A stretch of DNA of 64,000 nucleotides from an uncultured bacterium (GTDB taxonomy: Bacteria; Patescibacteriota; Minisyncoccia; UBA6257; GWB1-50-10): NCBI GenBank assembly GCA_963713955.1, contig OY970216.1, forward strand, positions 136,075-200,074, read 5' to 3'. Below, piece after piece: positions 57,248 through 64,000 of the stretch. The position numbers were made by a program, and so were the translations under genes. Numbering within the stretch: the stretch's first letter is position 1; every line of letters begins with the position of its first letter. Under the pieces are notes generated by a model. It saw nothing but the letters and a program-made list of their open reading frames with translations, was not told the origin of the DNA and did not search any database.

Positions 57248-58030
57248 TCACACTGCTATCTTCTCTGCAAACACCGAAGGCGGCATCCTGAGAGCGGAGT
57301 GGATTCTTGTATGGTTGTACTCCCAAAGCGTTCGGTAGATCTCCGCCACAAGTTCCCCTAAGGATCTGAACCGATTAGGATCGCCAAGATCCATTTTGAA
57401 TTTTCCGTAGAAAGATTCTTGGTATCCGTTCTCCCACGGCGATCCGGGGCGTGAGCGGGAGATGGTGATGCCGTAGCGCTCAAGCATAGCGATGAACGCC
57501 TTCGCTTCGTATTCCCTCCCGTTGTCAGAATGGAAGATCACGGGTCGCGGGCAATGGAAGAGCGCGTTCGCCAGAGTTTGGATGGTGAGCGTCGATCCCT
57601 TCCGGGTCGCCACATGAACGCCCATCAGTTGCCTCGTAAACAGGTTAAGGATCGTTGATACGTACAGCTTCTTCCCGTGAAAGACAAGCTCCGTGAAATC
57701 CGTCGCCCAGACATGGTTCGCATATGATGGCATAATGCCGAGGAGGAGGTTCGGGAAGTGCCGTTCCGCCTTGGATTTCCTGTATTTTCTCCCATGCCTG
57801 CGGTAGGGCTTGATGCCGTAAATCCGCATGACCCGTTGCGCTCTCGGTCTGCCGATGCCGAGCGCAATCGCCAGTCGGCGTGAGCCGTATGAGGGATGCT
57901 CGTGAAGCACCTCCTCCGTCCGGACCTTTAATGCCCAATCCTTCTTGTCCTGCGTTGCGACGTAATAGAGCGATGAGCGCGAGACACCCATGGCGCGAGC
58001 CAGGGCGGATACGTTCCTTTCCCTGCTCAA
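57248..58030 (-). CDS. IS3-family transposase OrfB (DDE integrase core, rve)
   Basis: WATDFT (D), HSDNGREY (D), PWENGYQESF (E) catalytic triad spacing. Confidence 0.8.
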   Translation of the reverse strand: MSRERNVSALARAMGVSRSSLYYVATQDKKDWALKVRTEEVLHEHPSYGSRRLAIALGIGRPRAQRVMRIYGIKPYRRHGRKYRKSKAERHFPNLLLGIMPSYANHVWATDFTELVFHGKKLYVSTILNLFTRQLMGVHVATRKGSTLTIQTLANALFHCPRPVIFHSDNGREYEAKAFIAMLERYGITISRSRPGSPWENGYQESFYGKFKMDLGDPNRFRSLGELVAEIYRTLWEYNHTRIHSALRMPPSVFAEKIAV

Positions 58031-58290
58031 TTCTTTTTTTGGGTCTGGGACAGCTTGATCGTGAGTTCACCGATCACTTCGAAGAGTTCCTGATTCTGTT
58101 TCTTTAGGCGATTGATTTCTCCCCAGGAGGGAGCGCTCGTGGCACCGGCGCCGAGCCATCCATACACGGTTGTCTCGTGGACGCCTGCATCTTTTGCCGC
58201 TTCTGCGACGGAGACGCCTTCTTCCTTCACGCGGCGGACAATCTCCGCTTTTACCTCTTTCGCTACCCGATATCCTTTTTTGTTAGCCAT
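58027..58290 (-). CDS. IS3-family transposase OrfA (HTH)
   Basis: 87 aa, HTH (VSVAEAAKDAGVHETTVYGW), leucine-zipper-like tail; overlaps OrfB at AAAAAAA. Confidence 0.75.
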   Translation of the reverse strand: MANKKGYRVAKEVKAEIVRRVKEEGVSVAEAAKDAGVHETTVYGWLGAGATSAPSWGEINRLKKQNQELFEVIGELTIKLSQTQKKN

Positions 58291-58510
58291 GACACAATGG
58301 TAATTTGTTCCGACCTTTGTGTCTAAATTTTCCTATCCGGAACACAATATTAATGTTTACTTTCGCAGTGCGCAAAAGTAGAAGTAATACAACCTCAGGT
58401 TAATTAGCATAATTTAGTCCGAAAATCATCTAAGACGACCACCAGTTGGGGGAAATCAAACTCAAATTGAATTCGGCATACCTTTGGGGTATGCTGGACT
58501 TCACACGTCC

Positions 58511-59293
58511 ATGAAAAAATTCAGGCCCAAGAGATTCGAGAAGCGGGAACTCGATAAGATATACATGTACAGCAGGCACGCGCTCGAGGAAGCGCTCATG
58601 AAGGCGCCACAGGCGGTGAAAAGAGTCTTTTTGTCGCCGGAAGCGAACGAACGAGAACTCCGGGAATCGCTCCAGAGGCACAATATCCCGATGGCGCTCA
58701 TGAAAGCCAAGGAGGCGTCGCACATGGTGGGGAGAGAAACCTCCCATCAGGGAGTTATTGCCGTCATGAATCCGTCGTCTCTCATAGTCGATTTCAATGA
58801 TTTCGTGAGGGACTTGAAGCCCAACGACGACACGATGCTTGTTCTTTTGGATGAACTGACCGATCCTCAGAACGTCGGGGCAGTCATCCGCTCGGCGGCG
58901 GCCTTCGGAGCTTCCGGAGTTTTGATCCCGTCGCACCGACAGGCGCCGATAACCGGAGCCGTCGTCAAAGTTTCGGCCGGCATGGTTTTCTCGGTCCCGC
59001 TCGTATCCATCGGTAACGTCAACTACACCGTGGGCGTCCTGAAAGAAATGAGATTCAGAACCTACGGACTCGCCATGGACGGAGCCCAAAAAGTTTCGGA
59101 AGAAAATTTCGACGGGCCATCACTCTTCATAGTCGGAAACGAAAGCCGGGGGATCAGGCAAAAAACTCTGGAATACTGCGACGCGACGCTCCGGATACCG
59201 ATGGACCCGAAGTGCGAATCGCTGAACGCTTCGGTCTCGGCGGCCATCATTCTTTACGCCTGGAGTGTGAAGCACGCTAAAGCGTTGAAATGA
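58511..59293 (+). CDS. TrmH/SpoU-family RNA 2-prime-O-methyltransferase (RlmB-like)
   Basis: LDELTDPQNVGAVIRSAAAFG, IPM..ESLNASV SPOUT motifs; start at MKKFRPK. Confidence 0.75.
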   Translation: MKKFRPKRFEKRELDKIYMYSRHALEEALMKAPQAVKRVFLSPEANERELRESLQRHNIPMALMKAKEASHMVGRETSHQGVIAVMNPSSLIVDFNDFVRDLKPNDDTMLVLLDELTDPQNVGAVIRSAAAFGASGVLIPSHRQAPITGAVVKVSAGMVFSVPLVSIGNVNYTVGVLKEMRFRTYGLAMDGAQKVSEENFDGPSLFIVGNESRGIRQKTLEYCDATLRIPMDPKCESLNASVSAAIILYAWSVKHAKALK

Positions 59294-60153
59294 AGAATAT
59301 AAATTTAACGGCCGAATCGTGGAAAGATTACGAACTAATCGATTCGGGCGACAACAAGAAACTGGAACGGTACGGGCCCTACACGATTATCCGCCCAGAA
59401 ACGCAGGCTATCTGGAAACCGATCCATTCCGAAAAATGGAAAGCGGCCGCGGCCGAGTTTTCGTGGGAAGGCGGAAAAGGAGATTGGAAAAACAAGGGGA
59501 TCCCAGAAGCGTGGGAAATATCCTGGGAAGACGCGCGCTTCAAGGTCAGGCTCACGTCTTTCAAACACACCGGTCTCTTCCCGGAACAATCGGTAAACTG
59601 GGAGTGGTTAAGGAAGCGCGTAAGCGGACTCAACAATCCCAAGATCCTCAATCTTTTCGGTTACACGGGCGTTGCGACGGTCGTCGCGGCAAAGCACGGC
59701 GGGAAAGTCACGCACGTTGACGCTTCGAAGCAAAGCAATGTCTGGGCCAAAGAGAATGCTAAGCTCTCCGGCGTGCCGGAGGCAAATATACGGTATCTCT
59801 TGGACGATGCTCTGAAATTCACGGAGAGGGAAATGAGGCGCGGCAGCGTTTACGACGGAATAATTCTCGATCCGCCGGCTTTCGGGCGCGGGCCCAGAGG
59901 CGAAATTTGGAAGATAGAGGAAGACATACAACCGCTCCTTCTAGCCCTGAAATCCATTTTTTCGAAAAAGCGCGGTTCCTTTTTCCTTTTGAACGGCTAT
60001 GCCGCCGGGTATTCGCCACGATCGTTCCTCCAGGCCGTGGAAGATTACTTTCCCGCGGAATCGGCGGAAGGCGAATTCGGCGAGATACAAGTAAAGGAAG
60101 CCCATTCCGCGCGAGTCATTCCTTCGGGAATTTACCTCCGCTTCACTCTCTAG
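59290..60153 (+). CDS. class I SAM-dependent RNA methyltransferase (PF10672-like, RlmI/RlmK catalytic-domain type)
   Basis: LNLFGYTG (motif I), ILDPPAFGRG (motif IV DPPxF); start overlaps upstream stop (ATGA). Confidence 0.6.
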   Translation: MKNINLTAESWKDYELIDSGDNKKLERYGPYTIIRPETQAIWKPIHSEKWKAAAAEFSWEGGKGDWKNKGIPEAWEISWEDARFKVRLTSFKHTGLFPEQSVNWEWLRKRVSGLNNPKILNLFGYTGVATVVAAKHGGKVTHVDASKQSNVWAKENAKLSGVPEANIRYLLDDALKFTEREMRRGSVYDGIILDPPAFGRGPRGEIWKIEEDIQPLLLALKSIFSKKRGSFFLLNGYAAGYSPRSFLQAVEDYFPAESAEGEFGEIQVKEAHSARVIPSGIYLRFTL

Positions 60154-60171
60154 AGCCTATCTTTAAAATGG

Positions 60172-60260
60172 CTCGAGGGACTCGGCAAGCCGAAAAAGTG
60201 TGCGCTCCGGGCCGCTAGGCCAAGTCTTACCCACTTTTTCGCCTCACCGAGCCCTCTCAC
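60172..60260. repeat. hairpin repeat element, family A, third copy
   Basis: Core 60198-60234 GTGTGCGCTCCGGGCCGCTAGGCCAAGTCTTACCCAC with arms CGAAAAAGTG / CACTTTTTCG. Confidence 0.5.
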
Positions 60261-60342
60261 CCTAATACGTTTCTTGCTTAGTGAGAGGGTTTTGAGATAG
60301 GTTCAAGTAACCAACGTCGATATTAGCTGGTATTATTAGTAA

Positions 60343-60903
60343 ATGAACTCGGACGAAAAACTGGTCGAGCTTTATTTGCAGGGTGAAGAAAACCTATTCG
60401 ACATCCTCGTCAAGCGGTACGCCGATTACATCAATAACTTCATCCGGCAATACGTCCAGGATGAAAGCCGGGCGGAGGATTTGACCCAGGAGGTTTTCGT
60501 AAAAGTTTGGAGAAATCTCGGGAAATTCGATACCAAGAGGAGCTTCAAGGTTTGGATCTTCCAGATAGCGAGGAACACCATCATAGATTTTTTGAGGAAG
60601 AGGAAAGAATTAAGGCTTTCCGACCTCGATGACGGCGACGACGGGACTTTTGAGTTTCCGAGTTCAGCCGAGATGCCGGAGGAGGCTTTCGGACGGAAGG
60701 AAATCAAACTGGAGGTGGAAAAAGCCCTCGGCAAACTGCCCCAGAAGTATAAGTCGGTCTTAACTCTTTACTATCAGAACCAGTTGAATTTCAGGGAGAT
60801 AGCCGAAATTTACGGGGTTCCGGAGAATACGGTGAGGAGCAGGCACCGGCGAGGACTTTTGATGATTAAGAGCTTCCTCACCGAAAGGTACGCACCGAAA
60901 TAG
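60343..60903 (+). CDS. ECF-subfamily RNA polymerase sigma factor
   Basis: Region 2 (DLTQEVFVKVWRNLGKFD) and region 4 HTH (LNFREIAEIYGVPENTVRSR). Confidence 0.8.
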   Translation: MNSDEKLVELYLQGEENLFDILVKRYADYINNFIRQYVQDESRAEDLTQEVFVKVWRNLGKFDTKRSFKVWIFQIARNTIIDFLRKRKELRLSDLDDGDDGTFEFPSSAEMPEEAFGRKEIKLEVEKALGKLPQKYKSVLTLYYQNQLNFREIAEIYGVPENTVRSRHRRGLLMIKSFLTERYAPK

Positions 60904-60941
60904 CCTCCCGCTGCGTATACACCGCATACAATAAAGAAGTC

Positions 60942-61367
60942 ATGGATAATCTCGAGAAAATAGGCAAAATACTGTCCTATTCGGGAGGGTCATCGGCTGC
61001 CGGTCTCGCCGATCGGGTGATTTTCTCGATTGAAAAAAGGAAACTGAGAGGAGCAAAGATCCGGGTTGCCGTTTATTCGGGCGTGAGCGCCCTTTCGGCA
61101 ATCGTGCTCTACGCCGTTTTCCGAGCGGCGGGTCCCATATTCTATCAAAGCGGCACCTCGCAGATCTTTTCGCTGATATTTTCGGATTTTCAGATCGTGC
61201 TTTCCAATTTTAATTACTATCTTTCTTCACTCGCCGAATCTCTGCCCGTCATCCAAGTGGCCTCTCTCATGGCGCTGGGTTTCTTGTTTCTCACCTTCGT
61301 GTCGCTCGTCGTGAACAACCTGAAGAGATGGGGTAAAATAAAGAAATATGAACTCAAACATTCTTAA
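60942..61367 (+). CDS. putative membrane anti-sigma factor
   Basis: Immediately downstream of ECF sigma; cytoplasmic N-terminus then TM helices; assignment by context only. Confidence 0.3.
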   Translation: MDNLEKIGKILSYSGGSSAAGLADRVIFSIEKRKLRGAKIRVAVYSGVSALSAIVLYAVFRAAGPIFYQSGTSQIFSLIFSDFQIVLSNFNYYLSSLAESLPVIQVASLMALGFLFLTFVSLVVNNLKRWGKIKKYELKHS

Positions 61368-61806
61368 GTCGAAGTGGTTCCGGTACGCCGCGATCGGGGT
61401 AGGGGAAGTAATCATCCTTCTTTTAGTTTTCAAGCTTGGCATGGTGGTCGGGACCCAAAAATCGGATTTTGAACGCGATTGGGCCCAAAATTACGGGCGG
61501 TTTTTCGGCGAGCCGAGGAGAGGATTTTTCCCGGGACTCACGGAAAACGATTCCATGAATCCCTTCGGCAATGCCGGATCCGTTTTGAGCATAAATGGCA
61601 ATATGGTGGTCGTGAAAAGTAACAATAATGTCGAAAAGATCGTCCTCGTCGGTACGAGTACCGTCGTGAGGGAAGGCGGGTCGGACATCGATTTGTCCGC
61701 CGTGAAAATCGGTGACCCGATCGTTGTCATAGGTTCGCCGAATGCGAGCGGCCAGATTGAGGCGAGGTTCGTAAGAATCTTTCCGGCACCGGACGCCGGA
61801 AGATAG
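61348..61806 (+). CDS. hypothetical membrane-anchored exported protein
   Basis: N-terminal TM, beta-rich C-terminus; overlaps upstream gene by 20 nt. Confidence 0.35.
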   Translation: MNSNILKSKWFRYAAIGVGEVIILLLVFKLGMVVGTQKSDFERDWAQNYGRFFGEPRRGFFPGLTENDSMNPFGNAGSVLSINGNMVVVKSNNNVEKIVLVGTSTVVREGGSDIDLSAVKIGDPIVVIGSPNASGQIEARFVRIFPAPDAGR

Positions 61807-61821
61807 TTTTAAAAAGAACAA

Positions 61822-63528
61822 ATGAAAAAAATACTTTCGAAAAAGTGGGTAGTGGCACTCGTGATCGTAATCGTCGTGGTCGGAGGATATTTTCTGTTTT
61901 TCAAGAAGGGCAGCGTTACGAGTTATGCCATCGCAACCGTCGGAAAGGGAACAATCGTTTCCTACGTGAGCGGCACCGGCCAAGTATCCGGGCAGAACCA
62001 GGTGAACATTACGCCCCTGGCCTCGGGGAAGGTCGTTTCCGTCGACGTATCACAAGGGGATTACGTGCAAGCGGGGCAGGTGATCGCCGTCCTCGATGAG
62101 TCGTCCGCTTCTTCGTCGGTGAATCAGGCGAAGGCGTCGCTCGCGAGCGCGCAGGCGAACTACGAGAAGCTGGTTGGAGGGCCGACCGACTTGAGCGTCC
62201 AGGCTTCCCAACTTTCCGTCACGAATGCCGAGAATTCCCTGAGCCACGCGTACCAAGGTTTGTACAATGACATGAGTTCCATTTACACCGGTACTTACAA
62301 CACCATCCATGGTGACACGGATCAATTGTTCAGCAATCCCAACTCTTACTCCCCGACGCTCTTGTATTCCACGAATGATATACAATCCGGCGTGGATGCC
62401 CAGAACAAGAGAATCGGCGTGAACGGAGAAATATCCGGCTGGCAGACAGAACTTCAATCCCTGAGTCTTAATTCTTCTTCGAGCGATTTGGAAGCGGAGG
62501 CTCAGCAATCATTGAACCATCTCGCGGTGGTCAAGGCTTTCCTCGTGAGCGCGGAAACCTCCCTGGTTAACGCTGTCGCTAACTCATCGTTCACCGTTGC
62601 GAACGTCAGTTCGTACAAGTCGACCGTCGCGGGTGCGGTCTCGAGCGTGGAGGGAAGTATATCTTCACTGACCTCCGACATCCAGCAAATCCAGAACGGC
62701 AAAAATTCGCTGGCGCAGGCGCAAAATTCGCTGGCGCAGCTCCAAGCCCCGCCGACCGATGCCGACATAAAATCAGGCCAGGCTTCCGTATTGAACGCCG
62801 AAGCGCAGTTGCAGTCCGCGGAAACCAACTACGAAAACAACATCATCAGGGCTCCGTTTTCGGGGGAGGTCGCGATTTTGAACATCCAGAGCGGAGATCT
62901 CATCACGGGCTCGACGGTCGCCGGCACCACGGGTTCGACCGAGATCGGAACGATCGTCGCGAAGCAGAAAATAGCCGAAGTTTCCCTCAATGAAACCGAC
63001 GTCGCAAACATCAAGATCGGCGACCAAGCGACCGTTACGTTCGACGCCCTGCCCAACTTCAGCGTTGTGGGCCAAGTGGCCGAGATAGACAACGTCGGCA
63101 CGGTGAGTCAGGGCGTGGTGGATTACAACGTGAAGGTTGCCTTCGAGACGCAGGATTCGAGCGTAAGGTCGGGCATGAGCGTTACGGCGAACATCGTAAC
63201 CGGCGTCCACCAGAATATTCTTATTGTCCCCAATGCGGCAGTGAAATCGCAGGGGAGTGCGAGCTATGTGGAGACGCTCGACAAATCAACGCTCTCGCCA
63301 TCGCCGACGAACAGTTCTCTCTATGTTTCTTCCGCGCTGCCCCAAGAGAAAATCATTCAGACTGGATCAGCCGACGATTCTTACACGGAGGTCACGAGCG
63401 GACTCAGCGAAGGCGATATTATCGTGACGCAGACAACCGGTTCTTCGGGAAGCACTGCCGTTACACAGACAACCGGAGGCGCCGCAAGATTCGGGGGCGG
63501 AGGAGGCGCTATATTCAGAGGTTTATAG
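61822..63528 (+). CDS. efflux membrane-fusion (periplasmic adaptor, MacA/HlyD-type) protein with long coiled coil
   Basis: N-terminal TM, GKVVSVDVSQGDYVQAGQVIAVLD lipoyl/hairpin motif, approximately 250-aa alpha-helical region, beta-barrel C-terminus. Confidence 0.7.
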   Translation: MKKILSKKWVVALVIVIVVVGGYFLFFKKGSVTSYAIATVGKGTIVSYVSGTGQVSGQNQVNITPLASGKVVSVDVSQGDYVQAGQVIAVLDESSASSSVNQAKASLASAQANYEKLVGGPTDLSVQASQLSVTNAENSLSHAYQGLYNDMSSIYTGTYNTIHGDTDQLFSNPNSYSPTLLYSTNDIQSGVDAQNKRIGVNGEISGWQTELQSLSLNSSSSDLEAEAQQSLNHLAVVKAFLVSAETSLVNAVANSSFTVANVSSYKSTVAGAVSSVEGSISSLTSDIQQIQNGKNSLAQAQNSLAQLQAPPTDADIKSGQASVLNAEAQLQSAETNYENNIIRAPFSGEVAILNIQSGDLITGSTVAGTTGSTEIGTIVAKQKIAEVSLNETDVANIKIGDQATVTFDALPNFSVVGQVAEIDNVGTVSQGVVDYNVKVAFETQDSSVRSGMSVTANIVTGVHQNILIVPNAAVKSQGSASYVETLDKSTLSPSPTNSSLYVSSALPQEKIIQTGSADDSYTEVTSGLSEGDIIVTQTTGSSGSTAVTQTTGGAARFGGGGGAIFRGL

Positions 63529-63532
63529 TCAG

Positions 63533-64000
63533 ATGATAGAACTCCGGAATATCGTTAAAATCTACAGCAATGGCGATGTATCAACCTACGCTCTAAGAGG
63601 TGTTTCTTTCAAAATCGATGACGGCGAATACGTTGCCATCATGGGACCTTCCGGATCGGGGAAATCGACCTTGATGCACATCTTGGGCGCGCTTGATACG
63701 CCGACGTCGGGTAAATACTTCTTGGACGGCAAAGATGTGTCGTCTTTTTCGGAAAATGAACTGGCTGACATAAGGAAGGAGAAAATCGGTTTCGTGTTCC
63801 AGGCCTTCAACCTCTTGCCGAGAGCGACGGTCGTGCGGAACGTATCTCTCCCCCTCACGTATGCGGGCATTTCCCGGGAGGAACGGCAGCGGAGAGCTGT
63901 TGCGGCGATTATTGCCGCGGGACTCGACGAAGCGCACTTTTATTATCGCTCCAACCAGCTCTCCGGCGGGCAAATGCAGCGGGTCGCGATTGCGAGAGCG
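63533..64000 (+). CDS. MacB/LolD-type ABC transporter ATP-binding protein (partial, runs off window)
   Basis: MIELRNIVKIY, Walker A GPSGSGKST, Q-loop, signature LSGGQMQR. Confidence 0.8.
   Translation, partial: MIELRNIVKIYSNGDVSTYALRGVSFKIDDGEYVAIMGPSGSGKSTLMHILGALDTPTSGKYFLDGKDVSSFSENELADIRKEKIGFVFQAFNLLPRATVVRNVSLPLTYAGISREERQRRAVAAIIAAGLDEAHFYYRSNQLSGGQMQRVAIARA

Larger units (their letters stand above)
57186..58344 (-). mobile_element. IS3-family insertion sequence (approximately 1.16 kb) with imperfect 25-bp terminal inverted repeats TGTGATGGATAGGTTTCTTTAGACA / TGTTCCGGATAGGAAAATTTAGACA
   Basis: Ends TG...CA; two overlapping ORFs with A7 slippery run at the OrfA/OrfB junction. Confidence 0.75.

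Overview
This 64-kb window is chromosomal DNA from a bacterium with compact, CPR/Patescibacteria-like gene content (inferred). The evidence is short-form aminoacyl-tRNA synthetases (valS 748 aa, metG 489 aa, alpha2-type glyQS), an H+-pyrophosphatase, many small secreted/TM proteins and a VirB2/TrbC-like pilin family. GC is about 50% and there is no rRNA or CRISPR array. The housekeeping backbone comprises gyrA, rpsA, ftsH, glyA, folD, a ftsK-rodZ-like-recA operon, yraN, truB, nusA, hppA, murD, hsp20, a PrsW-family protease, valS, tsaD, recO, glyQS, metG-tatD, leuS, htrA, radC, two RNA methyltransferases, and an ECF sigma factor followed by MacA/MacB. There are seven tRNA genes: an Ile(UAU)-Val(UAC) pair, and a mixed-strand island carrying Ser(CGA), Arg(CCU), Val(GAC), Ala(GGC) and Ser(UGA). 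Accessory content is a tandem array of five VirB2/TrbC-like pilin paralogs, two with C-terminal extensions. There is one IS3-family insertion sequence abutting or truncating a type IV prepilin-like gene. There are two large surface proteins, one with DUF11-type repeats and one with FN3-like repeats. Several repeat families occur: two approximately 70-85 bp hairpin elements with a shared CCAAGTCTTA core placed at gene 3-prime ends, a long perfect palindrome plus DnaA-box-like motif found upstream of the ftsK-recA operon and of radC, and iteron-like direct repeats. The most unusual observation is a complete Nudix hydrolase domain, with a perfect Nudix box, inserted inside LeuRS between the editing (CP1) domain and the catalytic core, together with an HVGN variant of the HIGH motif.
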